From NCBI GenBank assembly GCA_017533505.1, contig JAFXIB010000109.1:3752-67751 (forward strand): a stretch of 64,000 nucleotides of DNA, written 5' to 3'. Below are positions 30,101 through 39,800 of this stretch, in pieces. The DNA comes from Clostridia bacterium. GTDB taxonomy: Bacteria > Bacillota > Clostridia > Christensenellales > DTU072. Position 1 is the first letter of the stretch; the number at the start of each line of letters is the position of its first letter. The position numbers were made by a program, and so were the translations under genes. The notes beneath the pieces were generated by a model, which was not told where the DNA came from, did not search any database, and worked only from the letters and a program-made list of their open reading frames with translations.

Positions 30101-30471
30101 TGCATTCTCAAAGAAGATGCTATCTTTTGTGGTTCAGCATAGCTCACGCCACTTGTAACAGGCCTTCCTTGGTCGGAAATCGCATATTCAAGTGTGGCTT
30201 TGTCTTCATCTTTAAGGAGAATGTAGCCCCTATTATCGTGTAAATAAGAGTAGCTCTCATCACCACTTTCATAGTAGTAAGCCTTTTCCCCTGTGTTAAG
30301 AGTCATTTCTCTTATGAAGGTAAACTCGCCATAGTTATAATCCGAGCGAAGCTGACCTGCCTCAATAACTTTTTCCCCACTAAAATCTATGCTCAAGCAA
30401 GCTATGATAGCGCAAGCTACCACAACAAATGCTACAATCAAGATTTTACCATAATTTCCAATTCTTTTCAT
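24184..30471 (-). CDS. 2,095-aa secreted or membrane-anchored multidomain protein: M6 (InhA-like) metalloprotease, RCC1-like repeats, Big_2 and Big_3-like Ig arrays, C-terminal dockerin
   Basis: N-terminal hydrophobic anchor with a lipobox-like IIAC. HETAHVLGAPDLYHY zinc motif in an InhA-like context. About five RCC1-type blades. Two Big_2-like domains. More than 10 Big_3-like repeats. Two dockerin Ca-binding loops at the C-terminus. Confidence 0.85.
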   Translation of the reverse strand: MKRIGNYGKILIVAFVVVACAIIACLSIDFSGEKVIEAGQLRSDYNYGEFTFIREMTLNTGEKAYYYESGDESYSYLHDNRGYILLKDEDKATLEYAISDQGRPVTSGVSYAEPQKIASSLRMQIGDVDFALEEVQENAKGLDGMSVVETKPVLAGNTSSAKNISNITIFIAFNGDKFSPTTDLLNTFNGTSMSLKSYYQVMSNNTITINSVIPYNSNTVFVYQDAKSRDYYNTNSSNRWTRESTLVTNAIKAATEYITFSNGTNLDVNNDGYIDSVSIIVSGQSSTTWGSLLWPHSVSLDAIDGDNNYTVINGKKVGKYAFNFEKNITLGVLCHETAHVLGAPDLYHYYASADQSTDIATVGKWDLMENDLDTPQYLLTYMRKNYIGGIGENQIVDITGNGVYSLSPVSSATSVNDVLAYKIPTSKDEYFMIEYRRVTKSGYDSLLPGSGLIIYRVKEPADFSTSEGNVNGIYKGTGNRADEVFVFRPTIKMKDGQSMKLMYSNSLYDIGYAYLSPNNQYFNKVGKENSTGLYDFSTIFYSDGSNSDIVIEALSISESSVEFSVRLGQDMVEDDYFDDKIALKDVDMVNSTAFAGVTANVEFQDINPQYLSALTIELQDENGDVLVENELNQGRFLLEYNAGARLIKSDFIYADKGNDIPVGVFTSGAFLSDKKPTKAVLKVTDADGDSKVIDELAVQDSANIGWDTIVGSKTELHAQVVASTKMTVGIKRDGTLDASGTSSEGQWAIEGYEGITSVALGYTQTLLLTKNLNVLAVGDDYYGETQVSGWYDIKAISAGTYCSYGLRTDGTVLSVGLNDKGQLNVDAWSGIKAIDAIGKRVVGLTLTGTVVATGNFTADEISALSNITNAKQVEVGLNFVAVLKNDGSVQIVGTLPSADLSAFNGVKKISAGVHHLLGIKEDGTVIATGDNSYGQSMVSELYDIIDIAGGEYHSAFLREDGVVEFRGSGFTKYGTNIGVGNLLYDKYIPVTAINGLTNVSGGVMRVPKGESVTLGGVLYVPTNATYARMIFSSKDISVATITATDYTIAVVYGVSVGKTTATIKDNGTGITTTFTIEVYEEKALEGIAFSESKRSILHGSTAYLTLNYLPEGIDSSKYLPIYSSSDDSIVSVSSMGVIQAKGNVGQKATITAKVGEFSATITISIVGEVSAIAVDLNGGSTLYKYGEDLDLSRYILKVTIGDSVEDMVMTEDMISGYDKYNKTSITQLLTVEYMGVETTFSVSVKDYVVSIEKVTDPTKRYLYNYDLDAVSGGYMVYYASGDQSGPNVFSAEHFSGYDKTKVGTQLLTYTYTDAVWGTEFVLTEEVTVVDYAREISFQPVKTAYLYGQALDLSEFVDINMMSGATRQMELAEFEVEDIHSEESNPASEFYALYSLRVGSHIIKVSYIDPETDQTHTTTTIITVYISGEYKTTGKDSDTSYYYYEVGSDVYIGLTLVQSGAEDVVITSDDSKSIWYSLDSFDNTLVGKQDCLIKIYVSMQTLSGESASYSSIAVWDLSIEAFGFQSAKSVAIKEGARTEYTYGELINGNPDSLDIYISIVYTTGETQDIEPMELRYDSEHIGTQTLMARYLDRWFELEITINDYVSAFRPIDDITILWGEEVSFEVYGIYARHGAELLDEGAYSVSGYSNLQIGEQIVTVSYIANPKVTTSFKLVVLDAFKDITLKTAPKTQYSKGDKFDPTSTYTIIMISGATKEVSYNSEDFYYTPELNSTVDKIGEYQRISIYYKGEGVQTPKQVWSGSCLIPNYVSLLEVVLSGSKLEYKYGEELSIVVRATYANGMVTNLDKKSYSTTFNNKVIGKQTVTINYVYSGVNYTAKVEVSVSDTIVNLSITKAPNLVAYGYGDVVNWTGAKVTVTYSAAGQVIYQGDEIKKLNITYSTLLAGSQKVTVESGGLSAFFNITVSKETLACQEKVVEGIKSSLSKRQIAVSEPTTIAQVYASVKVSPYLTAKYHSVTLGMLDPSTSGTKKTATGDKLIFVNKDGVEVFVFKIYLNGDTNGDGVIDRTDISGMAGMLADGTAKSEVMDCNGDGKANLTDLVGYARKTGGAPRNVPLTDTARSFITTPTRLKGKEDKYE
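24283..24429 (-). other. Dockerin module (two EF-hand-like Ca2+-binding repeats)
   Basis: DTNGDGVIDRTD...ISGMAGML and DCNGDGKANLTD...LVGYARK both fit the D-x-N-x-D-G-x-x-x-x-x-D loop followed by a helix. Confidence 0.8.
27540..28290 (-). other. RCC1-like beta-propeller repeat region
   Basis: Repeated ~50-aa units of the type I.AISAG..HS..L..DGTV.A.G.N.YGQ. Examples: KAISAGTYCSYGLRTDGTVLSVGLNDKGQ and KKISAGVHHLLGIKEDGTVIATGDNSYGQ. Confidence 0.7.
29455..29469 (-). other. HExxH zinc-binding motif of the M6-like protease domain
   Basis: The codons for H-E-T-A-H, followed by VLGAPDLYHY. Confidence 0.7.
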
Positions 30472-30504
30472 AATCTACCCACCAATAGATAGTTATACAT
30501 ATTA

Positions 30505-30533
30505 ATTATACTATGGAATAGTATAATCGTCAA
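30505..30533 (-). promoter_or_regulatory. Near-consensus sigma-A promoter for the M6-protease operon
   Basis: On the minus strand: TTGACG (30533-30528), a 17-nt spacer, then TATAAT (30510-30505), ~35 nt upstream of the ATG at 30471. Confidence 0.5.
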
Positions 30534-30591
30534 TATGGGAAAAATTGCAAGGGACTACCCCTTTCCCCCTAAAAATTAAAACACAATAGTC

Positions 30592-30828
30592 TATATGAGA
30601 TACACGCAAAGAAAACACCCCGAAGGGTTGCTGTACTTTTGATGTACTGCGCCCTGACGGAGTATTGTTGTTTTATAAAGTAGGTCGCTGAAGAAAACGC
30701 GAATAAAACGCGATTATTTATATGAGATACGAGCAAAGAAAACACCCCGAAGGGTTGCTGTACTTTTGATGTACTGCGCCCTGACGGGGTGTTTTGCTTT
30801 GTGAAGTAGGTCGCTAAAGAATCGCGTT
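30592..30828. repeat. Two tandem copies (127-nt period) of a structured intergenic repeat
   Basis: The units start at 30592 and 30719 (TATATGAGATAC...). Each holds the box GATACGAGCAAAGA, the core AAGGGTTGCTGTAC-TTTTGAT-GTACTGCGCCCTG (30623-30656 and 30750-30783), and AAGTAGGTCGCT. The same family occurs at 60626-60880. Confidence 0.85.
30738..30796 (-). terminator. Strong rho-independent terminator of the giant gene, formed by repeat unit 2
   Basis: The outer stem AAAACACCCCG / CGGGGTGTTTT encloses the inner repeat hairpin. On the minus strand it is followed by TTTTCTTTGC. It begins ~35 nt after the stop codon at 30829-30831. Confidence 0.7.
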
Positions 30829-33800
30829 TTAGACGATATCGATAGAACAGAATACCTTTAGTACCGTGCCACTGCCGAAGTCCATATCAGTTACCAAGGT
30901 GTAACGACCGGAACGCTTGCTGGACTCGGTGCTGATTGCGCCGAAGCCTTCGGGAACCAAGGTACCGTATTGTCCGTTAACTGGGTTCCAACGGTTTGGA
31001 TCTTCCTTTTGGTTGGTCCAGTAGACCTTTGCGTTTTGCCATGGGATCAAGTACATGAGGTCGTACTCGAAGCCTTCAGATGTTTGTGATGTGAATACAC
31101 CACCTATTCCACCTGGGTTGTATTCAATGGTAGGTCTGTATTCGGTTACTGCGATGGTTGGTAGGTAACGGAGATCGAACATTGAGTTTACGGATACTCT
31201 GATTACTGGTGCGCCAGTTTGTTGCATTCTATTGTTCTTGTAAACAACGCGATAGCTTGTTGCATCCTTTGGCATTGTTACGGAGTTACCAACGATGTTA
31301 ACTGCGCCAAGTGCACTCATATCTTGTGGGTACAACCACTCTTCTGGGAGTAGAGGTCTGAGTTCGCTATAACCGAACATCGCATCTGGGTTGTGCAAGT
31401 ATGCACCGAATGACTTGAGGTTGTCATATGGGCCCTTGCCACCGTTTGCTTCCTTAACTTCTGGAGCATCCTCGGTTGCAGGATCTCTGTATACGGTAAA
31501 GACTATCTTGCCACCTACTGACTTGGTTGCCTTTGGATATGCACGCTCGCTTGTTGCGTCCCAAGTGATGAATGCGGAGTATCCTGAACCATCATCTGTG
31601 TAGTGGTATGATGGGGTGTGCATTGTGCTTGATACCATATAGCTTTGACCTTCTCTTGAAATACCAAGTGGGTAGGTGTCGCTATTGGTGCCACCTGATG
31701 AGTAGTAGCTGGTTACTCCTGATGAGTATTCAACTGGTATCCATCTGGATGAGCCAAGGGTTGAGCCTGCAAATAGTTGCTTATAGGTGCTTTCAAGGGT
31801 GATGCTTTCGCCAAGTCTCATGGAGTACAAGGTTGGGATGGTGTTGTTAACAAGTACCTTGTTGCTATTTACATAGAAGCCCCACTTTACTGTTTGACCA
31901 CCACGACCACCAAGAGTCATGTTAGCATATTGTCTTACTGTAGATGCTGCGCTCCATTGTACGGAGTCGAAGTTCCACTTGCCGTAGTTGTTGCTGTATG
32001 AGCCACTACCTGCTACACCTTCGAATGTGTACTTGCGTCCACTTGGGAATGTGATGGTGTAGGTGTCGTTCCTGTAGATGCCACTGCCTGCAACGATTTC
32101 TACATTACCAAGGGTTGATACTGTCAAGATATCCTTCTTGTATACGGAGCTGTTGCCTGGCATCAAGATTACTTCTTCCTTGCCATATTGATAGGTTTCG
32201 GAGAATAGGATGTCTTGTTGTTGTGCTGTATCCAATTGCCACTCATCGGAGATGTTGAACTTGAATGAATAGGTTTGTCCATCAAGGTCAAGTTGGAATG
32301 CAGTTGAGTGATCGAATACATTGTACTTAATTCTTGTACGGTTGTTTACGATGTTATCCCAGTTGGTTTCTGACATGAATGAGTAGGTTGCATAGTCTGT
32401 TGAAGCCATATCAATCTTGTTATCCATGTTCTTGCCAACATATACAAGAGCTTGTGTTGGCATTGGGATACCACCCTTTGTGATGTAGTAGTATGGGCTA
32501 TCTACAAAGTAGGTGTCATAGTAGTATTGACCGTATTGTGTTGGTGCCCATCTGATTGGTGCTCTGCCTGATGAATCTGCCTTGAATGAATTTGGATCGT
32601 TTTGCTTTAGCCACTCCATGTAATCCAAGGTGTAAGCAGTTGGATCGTTTTCGTCCTTATGAGAGTTCTTGTCGTAGAATCTTACGCCATGGATGTAGGA
32701 TTCTGCTACTGGAACATCAAATCTTGCGAGTTGTTGTCCCTTTGCACCAAGACCAAAGCCTGGGATGGTGATGTAGAATCTTGCATCCTTACCCTTATGT
32801 CCAAGACCTCTTGCTCCGTCAAGAACAAAGTTCATCTTGAGAGCAGCTTCTTCATCCTTAAACTCTAATTCATCTGCAAGAGATGCGCTGTTTGCACTTG
32901 CAAGTTGTCCAAGTGAGAAGGTGATGCTTCTTGTAGCAATCTCTCTGCCTTCTGGTAGGTTGCCGAATGCTACGGTGAATTGTCCCTTTGTGAAGTACTC
33001 TTCGGTTACTGCTGCGCTTACATCATCAACATAGCTGTAGAGATATGGTTGGATTTCGTCCTTGCCCTCTTGTAGTACATTGGTGAATGCTGTTGCAGTT
33101 CTGTCGTAAACGATTACCTTGTATCTCAATGATTGTTGGAAGGTGCCCTTGTAGCTTACGGTTGCAGTAACAAATCCTGTGGTTGAACCTGCATAAGTGC
33201 GAATTACCTTGCTGTCATCCCACTCTACGAGTACGCCACTGCCACTTGTAGCAAAGCTACCTACTGTGCCATCTGCGTATACAACATTGTTACCAACTTG
33301 TGGATATACATAATCCTTGCCGTATGCTGCAAATGGGTCAAGTTCGAAGTGCATTGATACTTCTACGCCTTCATAATCAGTGTCGTAAGCATATCTGCTT
33401 TCGTCTGCTGTGAAGAGTGATACAACCTTTCTGTTAGCGTAGTGAACTGGGATGGTGACGGTTTGATATCCACCAAGGTCGTTACCGATGGTTGCATATA
33501 GTCTTGCAGTACCACCTTCAACACCAACGGTTCCACTTCTTCTACCATGACTATCAAATGTAGTTAGTGCATCTACGCGATCGTACAAGATGTCGGATTG
33601 GAAGGTGTTGCCAGAAACTGTGTTGAATACACCAGCTTCGGTTGTTGTCATAACATCTGCTCCTTGTCCTACGAATGGGTCAAGCTCGGTTGCGAGTGAG
33701 CTATCTACACCATAGATATCAAGTTCGTATACTTCCTTTAGACCACTTTCGTAAGTCATATTGTGGATGGTGAGTGATACAGATGTTGTAAACTTGGTAT

Positions 33801-36800
33801 CCCTACTTGCAGATGCTGATGTTGAGCCATAATTGAAGATTGCTTCAACACTTCTACCTGTGTATAGGTTATTCAAGTTGGTGGGACGGTTGGTTGCTGT
33901 ATCCCTGATTTCATAGCTATCAGCAGTTAGGTTGAAGATGATTTCCTTATCATTGTGTTCAAAGATGTTGGATGATGTATCTTCGCCCTCGATGCGGTTT
34001 ACCATGAGCATTACTCTTCTGAAGAAGAAGAAATCGTCGGATGCAAAGTCTTCTGAATACTTGGTTTCATATGGGTTGAGTGCAAGTTCAGCTGTAAATA
34101 TTGTGAACTCTGCTCCTGCAACTGATGCACCAAGAGTATCAACAGCCTTTTGCCAATCTTCGTGGCTTGCATACTTGGATACATAAACTGCCCTGCTCTC
34201 ACGGTTGAGAACGGTTACTGGGATTTCGATTGGTTGAGCAGCTTGTCTGCCATCTTCTGATGGGATATAGATGGTTGCAATAGCTGCCTTGTTGTTATCT
34301 CTGTTGAATTCGCCACCAGCCATGGTCATTTGAGATAGGATTCTCTCATAAGACCAATCAACATCGATTTCAACAGGTGAACTATGATAGTTGAAGTGTG
34401 CAAGTACCTTGCTTGGTAGACCTTCGAATCCTACGAATGGGTCTACTACCAATCCGGTGATGATGCCATCGTCATTAGTTCTTACAACAGAGTTTTGTGA
34501 TAGACCAGCACTTGTTACGCTGATGTCGGTTAGCCATGTTGAATGTAGGTATACCTTGAATTGGAAGATTTGTTCGGTTGCTCCTGAACCAAGGGTTGCC
34601 TTTACATTATATGTGCCACCGGTGAAGTTGTAGGTTAGGCCGGTTGTATCGAAGGTGAGGTCATACTTTTCTTCTTCACCACTTTCGAATAGAACGGTTA
34701 CGCCTTCATTGAATGCCTTGACTTCAACCATTACATCGTCGCCTGTTACAAGGTAGGTGCCATCCTTAATTCTGGTGTATAGGCCACTTTCTTCAATCTT
34801 GTCGGTTAGAGCCTTAACATCTACGCTACCACGATATGCAATGTAGTAAGTATCAAGAGCTTCGTTGTAGTATACCTTTGCGATTTGTCCATTTGCCTTT
34901 GCATATTCAGTTGCTTTGTTCCAACCATTTACTGCGCTTGGCCATACGGTTTCTTCAACAAGGGTTGCTCCTTCGATTGCTTGTGCAAGACTTGTTGCAT
35001 CGCTAATCAAGGTGTTTGCATTGTTCTTACCATTGCCGATTGCAACGATAGTTGCAAGTCCAAGTGCGCTGAAGTCGATTGGCTCATAGATGCTACCTGT
35101 GATGTTGGTATTTGCATCGGTGTACCATGTCTTGATACCAACTGCAACACGGCTTTCTACGATTACCATTACTGGTAGTTCTTCTCTTACATCAAGAGCG
35201 CCTGTTGTAGAGCCAATGATGTTGCCTTCTTCGTCAAGGGTTACGATGCGCTCAACGCCACCAAAGTCAAGAGTTACACCAACTTCAAGGTCAACATCGT
35301 TTGTGGTGGTTACTCTGTAATCCATTGGGATGTCAGGATATCTTACATCAAGAGCCTTGTTGAGTCCCAAGCTGGTTTGAACATCAAGCATTCCGTTGGT
35401 TAGTCCAAGTAGATTGTCAAGTTCAGCTTCGATACCAACAACTGCATATGGGTTGAGTCGTACGGAGTTAGGCAATGTGTAGTTTACGATATGCTCTGCA
35501 TTGATGGTGAAGGTTACCTTCTTTTGGATGTAACCGAATACATCATCACCAATCCAAGCAAGAGCTTCGATTTCGCCACCATTTACACCGTAGCCTTCAA
35601 TGTACTTCCAGTATACATTGTATACATTGGTTTCAAGTGCGCCACCAACTGTGAGTTGAGCGAACTTTGGTAGTTCAAATACATCAAATGCGTTGTATGT
35701 GAAGGTGTTGAATTCTTGAGTTAGAGATTCATCTGAGTAGAATGTTACTTGGATGTCGCCTCTTGGGTTCAAGTTGACATAGTTCATGTTGAGAACTACT
35801 TGGTTGTTTGCCTTGTCGCCAAGTGTTACTGTGCCACAAATACCAGCAGTTGCCTTGTAGAAGTCGAACTTGTCATCGCCAAAGTCGAAGCTTACTGGTA
35901 CTGAACCAACTGTGCCGTCTGCGAATGTTACATCAAGTGCTGTTGGTAGTGCAAACTTGAATGGGTCGCCGATGCTCAAGATATATGCACCATTTGTGCC
36001 TTCGCCGTTGACTGCGTTCTCTTTATATTCTACAGAGTAGCCAGTTTCGGTGGTGTTATTGATGCTTTCGATGACCTTTGCAGGTAGCATTTCTTCGGTG
36101 AGAGTGAAGGTTACTTGTTGTGACCAGATGTGGTTGCCTTCCTTGTAACCAACATTGCCGATTTCAATGTTAATTTGTGGAGCATCTTCTCCTTCGTAGC
36201 TGTAGCTTGGCTTGAAGCCGTTAGCATCAACATAGCTCCAAGAAATGATTTCAAATGCCTTGGTGCCGATTGTGTTGTTTGCTACTTGGTGGATGGATGC
36301 TGTGATACCATCTTGAGCAAGAAGTGCATCGATACCTGCATCTGCATCGTATAGATATACTTCCATTGCTGGAATGTTCAAGCTGGAGATAGTTGACTTG
36401 CTGAGTACAATACGAACATGCTTGATGGTTACATAACCGAATACATCGTCGTGTAGGAGAACATCAGCAAAGTACCAAGCGCCTTCGAAGGATGGAGCGA
36501 TAAATCTTACATTGGTGAGATACTTCTTACCATTGATGATTACTTCATCGCCTTCAACTTCGTCTGCCCAATCGGTAGACTCAATGTCGAAGTATACTTG
36601 GGTTGACAAGGTTTGGTTGCCACTTGCTGTGCTGAACAATACCTTTTGTTCGTTTTCAAGAACGCTTGCGTTATCGTCGATTTCGGTATTTGTTCCGGTA
36701 ATGTAGTAGCTGGAGTATGGATATACTGTGATTTGATCTACACTGCGTGGGCTTCTTCTTTCGACAGTGAAGTCAACTGCAATTTCTTGGACATTGTCAT

Positions 36801-39800
36801 CTCTACCAACCACTGCAGTCCAAGTGTAGGTCCAGTTTCTATTGTCGCTGTAGTTGTAATCAAGCTTTGCTTGATCGTCTGCACGCCAGTAGAAGTCTTT
36901 GCCTTCAACCAATGTGGTGCGATAGAAGATGTTGTCTGCATCTACACCATAACCAACATCGATGGTATTTGGTAGGTTGAATGCGTTGACTGAACCTGAT
37001 GCAAGATAGATTGCTGTTCCAAGATCCAATCCAGCACCGATTGCACTCATGTTGTCAATATGCTTCTTGTTGAGCATTCTTGCTTCTTCAAGAATGGTTA
37101 CATATGCTTCGAAGTCTCTTTCGCTTACGCCACTTACTACGATATACAATGTACCATTTGTTGCTTCGTAAGCCTTGATGCCAGTGTTTGTTCTGTTGTA
37201 TTCAGCGATACCACCAAACTTTGCTACCTTGGTTGCTGGCCATAGAGCTGAACTTACTTCGGTGTTGTTTGCCTTGATAGCATTTACATCAAGATCAGCA
37301 ATGGTTGCTTCTACACCTGCTGGGTAGATAGCCATTACCATGTCATAGCCGATTTCGAAGCTTACGAGTAGAGTTGCATTTTGTCTTGCTTCAAATGGAG
37401 CAATATCACGATCAATAATGGTTTCTTCAAGGTTATGCTCAACAATCTTCTTGGGCAATACATTGATGTAGATGGTGATTACTTGCTTGTTGCCCATTGC
37501 ATCTTCAACGGTGAAGTATACTTCGTAAAGTGGGTGTGAAGTTGCTTCAAGGTCAAGATCTCTGATTGAGCTTGCATCAACACTAACTACATTCCAGTTA
37601 TTGATGGTTGTTGTCTTTGCATTGCCGTTTTCGTCAAGAACAACATTGTTTTCTCTATCAGTTTCATTTACGGTGATATCAATCCACTTGATACCCATGA
37701 TGTTGTTGTAGAGATTGCTGTTCTCAATTGGGTTTACGGTCAATACATTTTCTTGTAGTTGTGCTTCAAAGTTAGAGGTTGTGCCACTGTAGTGGTATAC
37801 TCTTTCGTTATCAGCAAGAACTGCATAGTTTGCAGAGTTGTTTTCGATCAAGCTATTTACGCCCTTGCCTACCAAGTAGTCGCGATATGACTCGAACTCA
37901 TCAAGAGATACACCTGTGTAAACAAGATATACTCTGTCGGTTGAGTTGTCACGATACATTGTCAAGGTGTTCATTGCGCCCATGTATTCTGGGAATGAAC
38001 CATACATTGCTGTTAGATCGGATACGGTAATGTTGTCAACAACTTGAGCAACATTGCTTACATATTGTGAATTGAAGCCAGCGATGGTAGCGTTTTCTCT
38101 GCCAACAGCTACTACCATTGTGCCACCCTTTTGATATACAAGGTTTACACCCATTACGGAGCTAATTCTATTGGTTGAAATAGCTACGCAGTTCTTTACC
38201 TTGATTGGTACTTGGATGGTGACTTCTTCAGAATCCTTACCAAGCATGATGTGATCCCAGTTGTCATAGGTACGCTTGAAGCTATATGTCAATGATGCAT
38301 ATGCGGTTGAACCATCATACTTGACTTCGGTTTCGCTCAAATCCCACTTGAGATCGTTGAATACATATCTCTTGAGGATGTAATCGGTTTCTTGTCCGTA
38401 GATGTTGAACTTTTGATATACACCTTGTTGCATGTAGCGTAGCTTTGCAGTGTAAACCAATGTGCTTGGGAGTAGCTTGATGTACTCATCTGGGTTGTAG
38501 GTGAGAGGATCAATTTCGGGTAGTGAGAGAACGGGCTCGGTGTTGTCCTCATCAATTACCCAGCTGATTTGTTGATTATTTCTTATGCCTTGTTCTTCAA
38601 GCTTCAAGGTAGAATCTGGGTCAACCATGATACCAGCTTCAACTTCAGCTTGGATGTATTGAACTTCACCATTTCTATCTTTAGAATAGGTTTCTTCTGC
38701 GCAGTAGCCAATGATGAAGCCCTTTGTTCCTTCCTTGCTTGGAGCAAAGCTGAGCATTGTGAAGTCCCAATATACTTCTACACCAGCAGATTCGGATGAG
38801 TTGCCGTCTTCGAAGTTAGCATAGTTACGGTTTGGTAGGATATCCTTGATGTCTGTTACAACATATGAACCATCAGAATTCAAGTTGTGACGGATACCTG
38901 CAGTTTCAGATGCCCATGTACCACCATAAGCTGTGAAGTCCAAGATATTATAAGGATCGTGGAATACAATCTTTGTGGGAGGAATCATCATGATTTCCCT
39001 CATACCTGTGCTACCATTTGCCTTTGAGTTGTAGAACTCGGAAGTCATGGTGGAAACAGATCTCATATAGATACCAGTATTGTTGATATCGATTTCTTGG
39101 AATCTGTCGTCCTTTGCACTCATGAGAGTCAATGCTTCTGCAAATGGTCCTACTGTATCATAATTGAGTCCTGTTGGGTTGCCTTGAGCATCTCTGATGA
39201 TTGGGTAACGGCTTACATATGAGAAATTGTAGCCTGAAAGAGCTTCGCTGTATAGTGCACTACCGGTTGCAAGTCCTGCCCAGTTGAAGTTTGGATCGTA
39301 CAAGTTTTCACTTACCATCCAGCTGATGTCACCATACAAGAAGTCTTCGGAGTCAAAGTGTCCGTAAACATCTCTTACATAGGTCTTACCAATCAAGGTC
39401 TTGGTTACTGCACCAGTTACAGGGTCAGCAGTATATTGATAATCGTTGATGATTACATAGCTGTTTACGATGTTGGTGTCTACCCAATCGTTTATCATCT
39501 CTTCAAGAGCAAGATACTTATCGTCGATTGGGGCGCCGGTTTCGGGGCTATAAAGGATGGTGTCAGCACGGAGAACGGTTGCATTTGGCATATAACCATC
39601 TTCTGTTTCAACAACAGAGTAGATTGGGTTGCCATCTTCGTCTGTGCCAGTTTGCTCATACTTGATACCAACTGCACCGAGAGTTGCTTCGGAGTAGCTT
39701 GCACCATTCAAGAACAATGTAATTCTATCAAGGAGTGTATCAACAGCATTGTTCAAGGTTACCTTTGCGTATACGCTCTTATCAATGAAGTCGATGTCAC

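Noticed and set aside
30829-31200. A C-terminal cell-wall anchor on the giant protein (LPXTG sortase signal, SLH, choline-binding or dockerin)
   Set aside because: The protein ends ...GSGTVLKVFCSIDIV, with no LPXTG-hydrophobic-basic tail, no SLH repeats and no Ca-binding dockerin loops. The only LPST-like strings are internal and are not followed by Gly plus a TM tail.
30829-38560. A diversity-generating retroelement or phase-variation system targeting the Ig-like C-terminal array
   Set aside because: The window holds no reverse transcriptase, no template/variable repeat pair with A-specific mismatches, no invertase or recombinase, and no long homopolymer or short tandem tracts near starts.
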